From Piromyces finnis finn (taxonomy: Eukaryota > Fungi > Neocallimastigomycota), in contig MCFH01000064.1 in assembly GCA_002104945.1 (NCBI GenBank), forward strand, positions 124,001 through 188,000: a DNA stretch of 64,000 bases, in the 5' to 3' direction. Below are positions 40,144 to 55,654 of this stretch, one piece after another; the stretch's first letter is position 1, and every line of letters starts with the position of its first letter. The translations under genes and the position numbers were made by a program. Below the pieces are notes generated by a model. That model made no database searches. It saw nothing but the letters and a program-made list of their open reading frames with translations, and was not told where the DNA came from.

Positions 40144-41718
40144 AATAATAATAATAATTCAAGGCATATGTTCACAGAGCAAAAGCTCATTTAAAAAGCT
40201 GTAATTTAAATGACGCTGAAACTGATTTAATGTATGTTATATCAAAAAAAAGTGATAAAGAATACAGCGAATTAGTAAGTTTTTATTATTTTTTTTAAAA
40301 TATATTTAGCATTATTTAAAATATAGTTTCTTTTATTAATTTATCTATATATAATATAGTTAGATCATATTAAAAATGCAAAAAAATCATTAAAGTCATT
40401 AAAAAAGGAGAAAAATAAGGAGGAAATCATTAATCAATTAAATATAATACTAAATGTATGCCCAAGAAATTTAGAATTTCGTATGAAGAGGGCTGATATC
40501 TTCATTGAAATAGGAAAAACTGAACAAGCTATGGGTGATTTATTAAAGTTAACTAAGCTTCAACCAGAAAATATCGAAGTTTTATTAAAACTTAGTAAAT
40601 TGCACTTAAGTTTTGGTGATGTTGATAATTCATTAAAAGATGTAAAAGAATGTCTTCATAGAGATCCAGAAAATAAACCATGCAAAAATGTTTTTAAGCA
40701 ATTAAAAAAAATAACTAGAAAAAAGAATTCAATAGAAGAAGATAGAAGAAATAGAAATTGGAGATCCATTATTGAAAAAATTGATGGTGAAAACGGTTTA
40801 CTTAAAGAAGCAGATAAATTAGGTGCCTTAAATATCCAACAATTTTCAAGAAACGTGTTGTGTGAAGCTTATGTAAAAGAAAAGAAATCGGAATTAGCTT
40901 TAAAATGGTGTAATAAAGCTATTGAATTAGATGATAAAAATATAAATAATTACCTTAATCGTGGAGAAACTTTCATGATAAAGGAAGATTATGAACAAGG
41001 TAGAAAAAAATAAATAAATAAAATTATTAAATATAAAAAAATTAATTATTTATATTTAATATATATATAGCCATTCGTGATTTTAATAAAGCTAGAGAGC
41101 TTAATCCACAAAATCCACAAATTATGGAAAAACTTCAAAGAGCTCAAAAATTAATGAAACTATCTAAACAAAAGAATTACTACAAGATTTTAAATGTACC
41201 AAAAACAGCCACTAAAAGAGAAATCAAAAAGGCATACAGAAAATTAGGTAACTTTACTGTAATTAATGGAAATATATCTAATAAAATTAAAATTCATTAT
41301 ATTAATGTTTTTATTATAAATTTTGCAATAAACTTGATAATAACATTAACAAATAGCACAACAATATCACCCAGATAAATATGAAGGAGATATGACTGAA
41401 AAACAAGTACAAGATAAAATGAGTGAAATTAATCAAGCTTATGAGGTTCTTAGTGATGATGGTAACCATTCATTATAAATAGTATAAAGAATTATATTAA
41501 TAAATCATTAATAATATAATTAAAAAAAAAAATTAATTATAGAATTAAGACAAAGATATGATAATGGTGAAGATCCAAATGACCCAACTGGTGGTCAACA
41601 AGGAAATCCATTCCAAGGTTTCCAAGGTTTCCAAGGCTTCCAAGGCTTCCAATTTCCTAATGGATTCCCATTTGGAGATGGAAATGGAAATTTCCAATTT
41701 CGTTTCAAATTTAATTAG
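39621..41718 (+). CDS. DNAJC3: ER co-chaperone P58IPK/ERj6: signal peptide, TPR repeats and J domain
   Basis: Signal peptide MIHISKFIVLLVFSILFVNA, then TPRs, 'CLHRDPENKPCK', and a J domain 'NYYKILNVPKTATKREIKKAYRKL|AQQYHPDK'. C-terminus 'YDNGEDPNDP..GFQGFQ..FQFRFKFN*' (TAG 41716-41718). Confidence 0.9.
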
Positions 41719-42624
41719 AAATTCTATTAGTATCTAAAATATAAAAATATATAATCTATTTTTTATTCAATCATATAATATATCTAATTTTTCATTTTAT
41801 ACCAATTCAATAATATCATTAAATCATCATTGATATATGAATTTCCATATATATAATGTTTGTTGTAAATAAACCAAATATTTAATAATACTATTATTAA
41901 AAAAAATAATAAAAATAAATACTTCATTATAAATATTCAAATGGTTATTTTTATTTATTTTTTTTTTTTTTTTTTTTTTATTTATTTTACTATTTTTTGT
42001 TCTTTCTTTTCATTTTGTTTTGTTATATTTTTAAAATGTTAGTTCATAACAATAACAATAAAAAATTCAATAAAATCATTAATAACAATAATACTTTTAT
42101 TATTATTATTATTATTATTTGTAATTGTTATTATTATTATTGTTGTTGTTATTGTTATTGTTATTATTATTATTATTTGTAATTGTTATTTTTTTATTTT
42201 TTATATATTATTACTATATTTTTAATATAATAATAACTACATAAATGTTAAAATTACTTTGATTCTCAATAATAAATATATTACTGTTAATACAATAATT
42301 CGTTTTTTTTTTTTTTTTTTTTTTGTTTGTTTGTTTGTTTGTTTGTTTGTTTTGTTTTGTTTTGTTTTTAGGAAGAATAGATGCTTTTAATAATAAAATT
42401 AATACTAATCTTTGTTGTAGTTCTTTTTCATTAACACCTCATTTTTGGATTTGTTAATTATTTTTATGGCACATAACTAAATATTGATATAAAATAAATA
42501 TCAATGAAATAAAAAAAAGGAATATATATAAAATATAATAGTATTTTATATTATAGATATATTTAAAAAATAGAAAAAAAAATAGGTATAATTATATTTC
42601 AATAATGAAATACTATTCATTAAC

Positions 42625-45009
42625 TTATTTTCTCTTTAACATTTCAAATCCTAATCAAATATCAAATATAATATAATAATATTATTAATATATTGATAAA
42701 TTACTTTTATAAATTATAATAAATTTTATAATTACTTTTTTCTAATTCTTCATAACTGACTGTATTTACTGTAGAATTATGTTCAATACTGTCATCAGTA
42801 TTGTCACCAATTCTATTGTTTGGAATATCCGGGAAATTTAATATTTGCTATTTAAAAGTATAAATAAATAAATAAATAATGTTATCAAAATAATTATATT
42901 AATTCTAAAATAAATTAAATTAAAAAAAAATTACATCGTCATTATTGTTATTATTATTATTATTCATATTTTCGTTAATATTTGGAAGTGAAGTATAAGA
43001 AGGTGGTGGTGAATCTAACTTTGAGAGTAGGTTAAAATTAGGATCTTGGTTTTGAGTTTGCTTTTGAGTTCTTCTTTGAAATTCTGCCATAGAACTTACT
43101 CCAAAATAACTTTCCTCTGAATTAAATGCCTTGTTGTTGTTGTTGTTGTTGTCATTGTTCATGATATTATTTTTATTGTAATTCATATTGTGATTGTTTA
43201 TATTGTTTTTGGTATTATTATTACCATCCAAATTATCGATTTGTTCATTCAGATATTGATCTGACATTAACTCCTGCTTATATTGCTCGATTTCATCAAG
43301 TAATGAATCCTTTCTTGATAACTTTTTAAATTCGCTTTTATTTATATTCATATTATTATTCATATTATTATAATTGCTATTATCATAATTTTGATTGTTT
43401 CCATTATTGTAATCATTATTACTGTTGTAATTGTTATTTCTCATATTATTATAATCATTATTATAATTATTATTCATATTGTTGTCGTTATAGTTATTAT
43501 TATAATTATTATTCATATTATTTTGGTTATAATTATTACCATTGTTATTGTAATCATTATTTCCATTTATATTATCATAATAGCTATTACCATTGTTATT
43601 ATAATTATTGTTTCCATTCATATTATCATTATAATTATTGTTGTTATTATAATTATTATTTCCATTCATATTACCATTATAATTATTGTTATTATAATTA
43701 TTATTTCCATTCATGTTATCATAATAACTATTGTTATTATTATTGTTATTATTATTGTTGTTATTGTTGTTGTTGTTATTATAATTATTCATATTATTCA
43801 TGTTAAAGTTTGTCATATTATTTATATTATCATATTCATTCATACTATTGTTATAATTATAGTTGGTATCATAATTATCAATGTAACGATTATTTCCATA
43901 AGCATTGTTATTATAATTGTTTCCATTATTACAATAATTATTATTGTTATTGTTATTATAATTATAATTATTATTCATATTTGGATCACTATAATTTGGT
44001 AAGCAATTAAAGTCGCTTTCCATTGTAGCCTCATCTGCATCTAATCCGTTAGTATTTTTCTTTGGATGGACAGCTACAAAACTATTAAGTTCACCATCAA
44101 GCTCACTACCACCAATAATCTTATTTTATTTAATTAAAATATATAATATATTAATATTAATAATTAGAGTCGAACATATGAAAATAAATTAAAATATATT
44201 TACTTCATCTCTATTTTTTTCTTCTTCCTCAGGAGGGCATTCCCATTTAACGTTATAAATATTAGCAATCTCTGTTAAATATTTATTAACCAAAGTTTTA
44301 CTTGGAGTTTCATTTTTAAAGAAATTGTAAATTTTTGGATGAATTTCATTTCCATAATTATCATACTGAACATTATTAATTTCAATTCCAAATTTGTACA
44401 CTAATGCTTTATGAATCTTTAAAAAAAAAAACAATAAATAAATAAATATTATTAATTTTTTATTTTTATATAATATAAATTTTTATATTTACATCAACAA
44501 GCTCTTTAATATCATATCTTGGAGCAGCATAAGCAATTGACTTGACAGCTTCAGAAATTGAATTATCTAAATCACTTTAGAATTAAAGTACATGGCAAAT
44601 AAATTAAAAAATATATAAAATAAAAATATAAATTATTAATTATAAATCTATACTTTGATTGTATTAAAAGCCCATATCTTGATATTAATAATTCGCAAAG
44701 TAATTCGAGAACCTCTAAAACTTCAATATTATAATCTTCCTTAATAATCTGCTCGACCTAATATTTCATTAAGAATTGAAAATATGATATTAATAAATTA
44801 TATATAAATCATAATTATTTATAGATAAATACTCTTATTCTTGCACTGGTTTCTTTTCCATTTTCTAAAAGAATTGAAATTTCCTTTTTTGCTGTGTTAT
44901 TAATTGAATTCTTTTTTGATTGTAAAAGTTTTAATCTTGCAATAGCTAATCTTAATGAGACTTTGGTTTTGTTAGGGTCAAATTTAGATTTTACTAACTT
45001 CTTCTTCAT
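42625..45009 (-). CDS. IST1: ESCRT-III-like factor IST1 with an Asn/Tyr-rich linker and C-terminal MIM
   Basis: Core 'KFDPNKTKVSLRLAIARLKLLQSKK..KKEISILLENGKETSARIR|VEQIIKED..ELLISR..SISEAVKSIAYAAPR..LVNKYLTEIANIYNVKW'. Terminal exons splice to 'FPDIP..SYEELEK|RFEMLKRK*', a MIM1-like motif. Confidence 0.9.
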
Positions 45010-47656
45010 TTTTGTAATTCTATTATTTATTATTGTTGTTGATATCACCATTATTATTATATTTATAAATATTTAAACATTTATTTAATATTTCTATTTA
45101 AATTAATTAAATTAATATTGTATATATATATGTTATTTAATCTATTACCTTTAGCCTTGTTTAGGAATGACAAAAAAAAAATATGGTTATATATATAAAT
45201 AGTTTATATATTTATTATTTATTATTATAATGATAGCTTTTAATTATGAATATATTAAAAATAAACTTTTTAGATTTTCACTTATTATTATTTAAATATT
45301 TACTTTATTATTATTATTATTATTATTATTTAAATATATGTTTAAATTTACTTTTTGTATTTGTTTTTTGTTTCTTTTTATGTTTTTAATATTTTTAAAT
45401 TTTAATTATAAATGTCTTTTTTATATTCTAAACTACAATTTTTTCATTAATTTTTCAATTCTAAATAAATATATAAATATATATAAATATATCAAAACAT
45501 ATAAATTCCAATATAGTAAAATATATTACTTATTTATCAATTGTTTTAAGTTTTTAATTCTTAAATAATAACTATAAAATTACATAAAATAGCAATTACA
45601 AAAAAAAAATTGTAAATGAAAATTATTTCACATTGTTATTTTTTATATTTTATATTTATAATATATATAAATATTTTATATTCCAATTTCTTATGCAAAG
45701 ATATATAAAAGACTAAAGATTACAGTTAATATTTTTATCAATTTAATAGACTTAATTATATAATATTATAATTATATATATAAATTTTCTTTATATTATT
45801 ATATAAATTGAATTTTATAATTTTTATATAATTTAGTGAAGAGTTTTTATAAAAAGAAGTTTTTTTATAAAATGAATAGACTTCTTTTTATTTTTTAAAT
45901 TATGTAAATATATATATATATTTAATTGTTAAGTACATTTCTTATATTTATTATAATAATCTTAAAAGTAGTTTTTAAAAGAAAATTTGAATGGCTCCTA
46001 CTACTAGTTGGTCTTGAATTTAATAGTTTTACTGTTCATAATTATTCATTACATTATAAATTTAATTTAAATAAAAAGTTAAAGATTAGAATTAGAATAA
46101 TATGTATTATACACAAATTCTAATCTTTAATCTCATCAATTAAATTTTAAATTAAATCTTAATATTCATTATTAAAGAAATATTTAATATATTTAATTAA
46201 AACTTTAATTATATTTAATTAAAGTAATTTTATTACAAATAAATATATTATTCATGTAATACATATATATAATTTTATTAAAATATATGTATGAAATTTA
46301 TTACCTATATTTTCAAATAAAACATAATACTGATAGTATTATTAAGATTAAATAATTAAAAATTAATACTTTATATTTTTTATATGATAAAGATTATTTG
46401 AATTATATATAAAATTGCATTTTTCTTTTCGTATTGTAAAATCAAATTCTATAATTTAAATCAATAAAAATATTTTAAGATTTAGAAGAAAAAATTGTAT
46501 TTATTCATTTATAATTAATGTAAAATATCAATAAACAAATATATATTATTTTACTATAAATCATATTATTAATTAATATAACTCCGATTTTAATTATATA
46601 TATATATATATATACTTATTCATCTCCTTTTTTATATAAATATTTTTTAAATTTTATTTAATAAAAATTATATCTAAAAGATTTAAAAAAAAAATACTTT
46701 ATTTAATTCATCTCTTATATTTTTATATACAAAATTCGAATAGAATACTATTTAAAAAAAAAGAAGCTATTGAATTTATTGGAGCTATTAAACTTTGAAA
46801 GAAAAGCGTTAAGGAAATCAACTGAAGCATTAAATTTTAAGAATTTAACTGGTATCTATATCATTAAAAATTTAAAGTAAATATTAATAATAATTAAAGT
46901 TTGATATATAATTAAATTTTCAAAAAGAAGTATTAAACCAGAAATTTAATATATATAGCAAAATATATCACTGATATTTAATAGTTATGATTAATATTTT
47001 AAATATAATATTAATTACTTAATAATATGATTTAATATATTCTAGTACAAAAATCATTATTCTTTTATTATTAAAGCTTTTTAGTTTTGTTATATTCTAT
47101 TAATAAGTTCTTTCTATTTTACAAATATCTATTAAAAATATAATTTATAATTTACTTTAATTAGTTGTAATTAATAAAATTTAAATTATTATAAAGTATT
47201 AGTATAAATAAAGTATAAATAAGAGAAATCACGTATATATAAAATATTAATCAAAATAATTAAAATATTAAATAATACTTTTATTAATTTACAATAATTA
47301 GTAAATTGATATTAGCATTTTAAATTTGTTACTGAATAAAACTAAAACATTAGTATAAAAAAGGATAATAAGAATTAAACTAAATATATATAATATAAAT
47401 TATTTAGTTAAATTATTATTATTTTTTTTTTCAGTTACTTTTTCCTTTTTTTTTTTTATTATTATTTTATTTTTTAAAAAAAAAAAAACATTTAAAAAAA
47501 TAATACAAATAATAAAAATAATAAATTAGAACTAATAAGAAATAACAAAATAGTTATAATAAAAATAAAAAATAAAACAAAAAATTAAAAAATAAATAAT
47601 AAAAATTAATAATTTTAATAATATAATAAAATAATCTAATAAAATTAATTTATAAA

Positions 47657-50600
47657 ATGACTTTATTTAGAAAAATTAAGCTTTCACCAAAAAGTGGAAG
47701 AAGAAAGAGTCGTCATATTAGTAAAAGTAAAAGTAATGATCAGTCTTTTACAAGTTTAAACGAGTCTGTACCATCTGTTGTTGAGAGCATTGAAAATAAT
47801 TCATCTTCAAACTTTTCAGAGAAAGAAGGTAGTTCTCTCCATCAAAAAATAAATCAAAATTTATCTTTGAGTATTGCAATTAATGATATTGAAATTCCCA
47901 AAGATATAATTACATATAATTGCTTTGAAGATATTAATACAACTAATATTGATAATAATAAAAATACTAATACTGATAATAAAATTAATTTAATTTCAAA
48001 TCCAGAAACAACGACTGACATTTTATCTGAATCAAAAGTAATTGAAAAATCAGAATCAGAAGAATTAATTAAAAAATCAATTAAGAAAGAAACACCTATT
48101 AAAGAATCAATAAAAGAAGAGGCTGATAAAGTAATAACAGAAGAAATAGTGATAAAAAATCCAATACAAAAAAATACTGATAGTTCAGAATTAGAAGAAA
48201 AAAATAAGGAAAATTCAACTACAGAAAAAAACTTTATTAAAGATATAAAATCGAAAGAGGATAATATTGAAAATCAAATTAAAGAAAAATTAGTTGAAAA
48301 TTCTGAATTAAAAGAGGAAAATATTGAAACACAAAAAATAGAAAAAGTTACTAAAAATATAGAATTAAAAAAAGTTAACATTGAAACATCAATTTCAGAG
48401 AATATTTCTGAAGTTAAAAAATCAAAGGAAAATATTGTTAAAAACCTTGACACCATTGAAAATACAGAAAAACAAAATACAGATTCTTATTTAAAGATTA
48501 ATAATAGTTTAGTAGCTAAACAAAACGAGATAGAAGTAGAACGAAAAACTAGTAATATTGAAAAAGATAACTCATTTGAAATAAAAAGTAAATTAAGTTC
48601 AGAAAATTTAAATAAACTTATTAAGGAAAATAAATCAGAGTTACTTGATAATAATAGTAATATTGAAACTCTCGAAGAAAATATAATTCAATCTAAAAAT
48701 ATTTTAATTCCAAATACTGAAAAAGAAAAGGAAGATTATTTAAATAGTTCTATTGAAAATATTAAAATAAATATTGAAACAGAAACATCAGAAAAAACTA
48801 AGCAACAAAACAGTCTATCTAATAATAAAAATTCATTATTAAAGTCAAATATTAAAGAAGAAAATAACAATCCTATTAAATTAATAAATTCGACTGAAAA
48901 ATATTTATTAAAACCAAAAATGCAAAACTCAGAAGAAAAACCTGATAATTCTGATATTATTTCTTTAAAATCTTTAAAATCATTAGGTACAAGTTAAAAA
49001 TTATTATTAATAATAAAAATATTGTAATGATTTATTTATTAATACTTATTTTTTTTATATAACTTATTGTTATAAATTAAATAGATACAAAGGTTTGTTT
49101 AATTATATATAAAACATATAAATAAATCAATTAATGATGTAATGAAAATTTAATATAAAAAAATATAGGATATCCCAATAGTAAACAATAATATTGAAAA
49201 TGTCACTCATTATACATTGGTAACCAATAACAAACAATTATATAAATCAACAATTAAATTTTATATTACTTTAGGTTTTCATATTGACAATTTGAAAAGT
49301 AAGTACAATTTAAAACGTGAATTTGAAGCTACTACATGGGAAGATCAACATTATACTAAGACATTGGTTGAATATAATGAAGAAGAACATACATTATTTG
49401 ATGAAGAAACATGGCTTTTTTTAGCAAATGAAAACGGAAGAATAGCTTTACGTATTGTAGAAAATTTGCAAAAAGATTTTGCTGTTGCCGATTTTTCTCA
49501 AGCATCTGATGAAAAGCTACATCAACTTTTAGTAGAATGTGCTTCTGTAGAGAATGCATACATGACGTTTAACGCAGAATTAGATGTAAATTTAATATTA
49601 AGACTTTATGATATTAACAATATATATTAATCCATAATAATATATAAACTTTAGGAAATTGAGAAAAAATTTAAAGAAATGGAACGTCCATATAAGTTAA
49701 TTAAATCACCAATTTTAGGAACTGATGAAGTATATAAGCAAATTTATACTTATGATCCATTATTAAATTTATTAGAATTTCATGATAAGACTGCATATGA
49801 TAAATTAATGAATGTAACAGAATTTTCTGAACAATCAAAAAAGAAAAATTTGACAAATCAAAAACCAGAAAAAAAAATGGCTATTATGACTAGTGGAAAG
49901 GAAACATCTGGTATGAATGCAGCTATTCGTGCACTTGTTAGATGTGGTTTAACAGAAAGAATAACACCATACATTATTTTTAATGGTTTTAAAGGTAATA
50001 TATATATTTAATTATTAATTAAAAAAATAAATTTACGGAGTATATTAATATTATAATTAAAGGCCTTGTAAAGGGTGATAATTCTATTAAAAAAGCTGGA
50101 TGGGAAGACGTTCGTGGTCTTTTACCATTGGTAAGAATAGAAATTAATAAAACTAAAAAAAAAAAAAAAAAAAAAATAAATTATTTATAATTATTTAAAT
50201 AATACTTAGGGAGGTACTGTTTTGGATAGTTCTGATTGTAGTTATATTGCAACTCATGAAAGTAGATTAAAAGCAGCAAAAAATCTATATAAACTAGGAA
50301 TCAAATATTTAGTTATTATTGGTGATAATGAAAGTTTTTCATATGCTGAGATTCTTCAAAATGAATGGAATGATTTAATTAATGAATTAATTAACAGTAA
50401 TTCTATTGAAATCCCTGAAAACAATAGTAATAGTAAATACACATTATCTATACTTGCTTTACCTGCAACTATTGATAATGATATTGCCATGACAGGTATA
50501 TTTATTAATAGCTTTAAGAATATAAGTATATATATATTCAAAAATACTATTATTTAATATGAAAATTTAAATATTTTATTATAATTTAAATAGATCTAAC

Positions 50601-52979
50601 TCTTGGTACTTGTACTTCATTAGAAAGAATTTGTGAAGCTCTTGATTCTTTAGAATCAACAGCTCAATCACACCAAAGATGCTTTATTATTAAGGTTGTT
50701 GGTAAGCGTTGTGGTTGGCTTGCATTAATGGCGGCCATTGCTGTAGGTGCCGATTGCACATTTATTCCAGAACGTCCACCACCATTCCAACAAGATGTAA
50801 ATATCACTTGGGAAGAAGAAATGTGCAATATTATTAAAACTGTATGTATAGTTTATTAAATATATCTATTTTTTTTATGTATAATAAAATTCTCAATAAT
50901 TCACTAATTCATATATTATCATTAAAAGAAACGTGAAAAGGGTAATAGAAAAAGCATTATCGTTGTTAGTGAAGGTGCGACAGATAAAAACTTAAATCCA
51001 ATTACAGCAACTTACATTAAAGAAATCGTGGAAAAGAATTTAAATATTGATACAAGAATTACAACTTTGGGTCATATTCAAAGAGAAGGTATCCCATGTG
51101 CCTATGATAGATTCCTTGTAAGTAAAGACTTTACCAATGATATAAAAATATAATTTAAAGTTTATATATTTATTTTAATTCTTTTTTAAATACTAACAAA
51201 TATTTACATGAAGGCTACTGTTCAAGCTTCAGAAATTGTTACAGAAATATTAAATTCAAAAGAAGATGAACAATTATCAACTTTAATTGGTGTTTGTAAT
51301 AATACTATCACTAAAACCCCATTAAAACAATCTGTTCAATTGGTAATTTTACAACGATAATTATTATATTTTAAATGAAATGTGTAAAATTTTCAGTTTT
51401 TAAATAAATTAATAAATATTTTTAAAAATTAGACAACTTCTATTAGTGAAGCTCTTTCAAACAAAATGTTTGACACAGTTATGAACCTTAGAGATCCTGA
51501 TTTTAAAGCTTCATATAATGCTTATATTGAAAGTACTTTATTCTCAAGCAATTCAAAGAAATTGGAAGAAGAAAATGTAAGTAATTATAAAATTTGATGA
51601 AATGCTTAAATATATTCATATTTAAAATATTAATTTTATTATTATTAATTAAAAAAGTGTTTAAGAATTGGTATTATTCATGTTGGTTCACCTGCAGGAG
51701 GTATGAATGCTGCTACGAGAGCTGCTGTTCGTCTTTGTCTTAATAGAGGTCATACTCCAGTTGGTATATTTAATAGTTTTTCAGGTTTAGTTAATGGAGA
51801 AGTTAGACCATTAACTTGGCAAGAAGTTGGTGGATGGACTACTATTGGTGGCTCAAAGTTAGGTATTAATCGTAGTCAACCAACACCAGTTCTTAAATCT
51901 AAAAAGTTATACAAAAAGTATAACGTCGATCCAAACGAGTTAATTGATATTGGTTTAATTGCATATCATTTACAAGAACAAAACATTCAAGGTTTGTTAA
52001 TCATTGGTGGTTATGAAGCTTATTGTAGTTTATATACTTTATATGAAGCAAAGTCAATTTATCCATCTTTGTGTATTCCAATGGTTCAAATTGCAGCTAC
52101 TGTATCAAATAATATTCCTGGTACTGATCATTCTATTGGATCTGATACAGCATTAAATACAATTGTTCAAGCTTGTGATCATATTAAGCTTTCTGCTAGT
52201 GCATCTCAAAGACGTGTATTTATTGTTGAAGTTCAAGGTGGTAATTGTGGGTACGTATCCTCAATAACATTAATAATAGTTGATATAATTGATATAAAAA
52301 TAATAAAATATTCTAATATATTTATAGTTATCTTTCAACTATGGGTGGTCTTGCTTGTGGTGTAACATGTACTTATGGACCTGAAAATGGTATTTCATTA
52401 AATAAATTAAAGAATGATAAAAGACATTTAACAAGAAGATATAAAGAAGCCGAATTAAAGGGTATTAAGAATGAAGGAAGAATTATCATTAGAAATGAAT
52501 TTACTAATTCTAGTACTTATTCTACTAAGGTTATTGCTTCTATCTTAAATGAAGAAGGTCATGGTTTATTTGATTGTAGAACTGCTGTTTTAGGACATCT
52601 TCAACAAGGGGGTTTGCCATCACCATTAGATAGAATTAGAGCAGTAAGACAAGCTGTAGAATGTATTAATTGGCTTGAAATGAAAACAAAAGAAAATAAA
52701 AAGATATCTACTTATAAAAAATACCATAAAGTTAATGCTAAAAAGGATGAATTTAGAAATGTTGATAAAGAAGCTTATGTTATTGGTATTCGTGGTGACA
52801 AATTAGTATTTACACCAGTTAATGAATTAATTAAGGAAACTGACATAGATTTAAGAAAGGGTAGTCGTAATTGGTGGATGAAATATTATCCATTAATAAA
52901 AATTTTATCAAAATATTATTACTTTGACGTAAATGATGAAACCGACATAGATTATTTGACGAATGAAAAGAATATATAA
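47657..52979 (+). CDS. PFK: Fungal-type ATP-dependent 6-phosphofructokinase homolog: long N-terminal extension, Pfk_N glyoxalase-like domain, degenerate catalytic half and intact regulatory half
   Basis: Exon 47657-48986 joins an 8-nt exon (49085-49092) and then 49169 onward. Pfk_N-like 'VTHYTLVTNNKQLYKSTIKFYITLGF'; N-half 'GMNAAIRALVR..TIDNDIAMT|DLTLG..LGHIQREG'; C-half 'GSPAGGMNAATRA..ATVSNNIPGT..RRVFIVEVQGGNCG..LGHLQQGG'. Confidence 0.9.
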
Positions 52980-54406
52980 ATTAATGAGTATTTTCTAAAA
53001 ATTAATACTTTAAAATTTTATTCTTTTTTTATACTTTAATATAACAATGAAAATTTCAATTTAAACTGATAATAAAATAATAAGAATTAAATCGAAACAA
53101 AAAAACAGAAGAAAAAAAACTTTTTTTTTTTTAGTAATACTGAAATATAACTAATCTTTTTATGGATTTATCTATTAAGAATTTATACAATTTTTTATAT
53201 TATTTATTCATATAAATTATCTGTAATTACAATAATTTAATAGTAAATATATATAATTAAGATAATAAACAAAATGTATAATAAATAAATAAATAAATTA
53301 TTATTTTTATGAAATTATATTATTCTTTTCAAACACTAAAAATTAACAAAAGTTCTTTCAAATAATTATTTTTCCATTCCATTTAAATTTTATATTGATG
53401 TCTTATATTCAAAATATATTTTATTACTTTCTCATTAAAGATTTTTTAGCTTTTGAATTTACTTTTCTTTTTTTAGTATTTAAATAATTATATATAATCC
53501 ATTTCTACAATATTTTCATCATGTATTTCTAAAACAAAATATATAGATAATTCAATAATGCAATTCTTATTTTATTATAAATTATAATAACAAAAAAATA
53601 TAAAATAAATGAAGAAATGTTATAAATTTGTTCAAAATTATCATATACTATCTTTGTAATATTTAAGTTATTTAGCTTTACTCTATTCCATATTTAATAT
53701 TATGTAATATTGTATTAAGTTTTAATAAAATTTAGTATTTTTATTATATAATGCTTTTTTATTTCACTGATAATTCCACATATTTTATTTTTTCAACATT
53801 TTATGTGGTTTTCTCCAATAAGTATATATTTATATATATATATACTTATTATTTTCATTTCCCCTTAACAAATTATTTCTACAAATAAAATTAAAAGTTA
53901 AAACAATAATTGAAAATATTTTCACTTCATTTTAAGATTTAATAATTTTAATTATTAATAAATAAAAAAAAATAAAAATATATATTATATTATATATTAA
54001 TATATATTAATTTTTTACGAAATTGTTATAAAAAAATAAAAATAAATTAAATTTAAAAATAAAAAAAATTATAATAATAAAACTACTTCTAAGCCAATTA
54101 AATACATGGTTAAAAAAATAAAATTTATATAAATCAATTTAAATACTTTAAATAGATTGGATAATAATATATAATCAATAATATTGTTATTATATAATAT
54201 AAATGAAATAGAAAAAAAATATATATAAATTTAAAAAAAAAAAAAAAAAATTTTTTTTCTTCACACAATTTTTTATATTAATAAAGGTAATTATTAAAAT
54301 TAATAATAGAAAGTAAATGAAGTGATTAAAAATATTTTAGATTATAATTGCTTAATTAAATTTAATAAATCTATTGAATAATTGTTTTAAATAGTAAATA
54401 GTAAAA

Positions 54407-55654
<1,248 letters not shown>

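Noticed and set aside
43391-44010. Plus-strand ORFs antisense to the IST1 linker
   Set aside because: Antisense translations of the N/Y repeat region.
45338-46123. Short ORFs 45338-45568 and 45926-46123, and 63094-63279
   Set aside because: Composition-driven F/I/L/K/N ORFs in AT-rich intergenic DNA, with no motifs or splice support.
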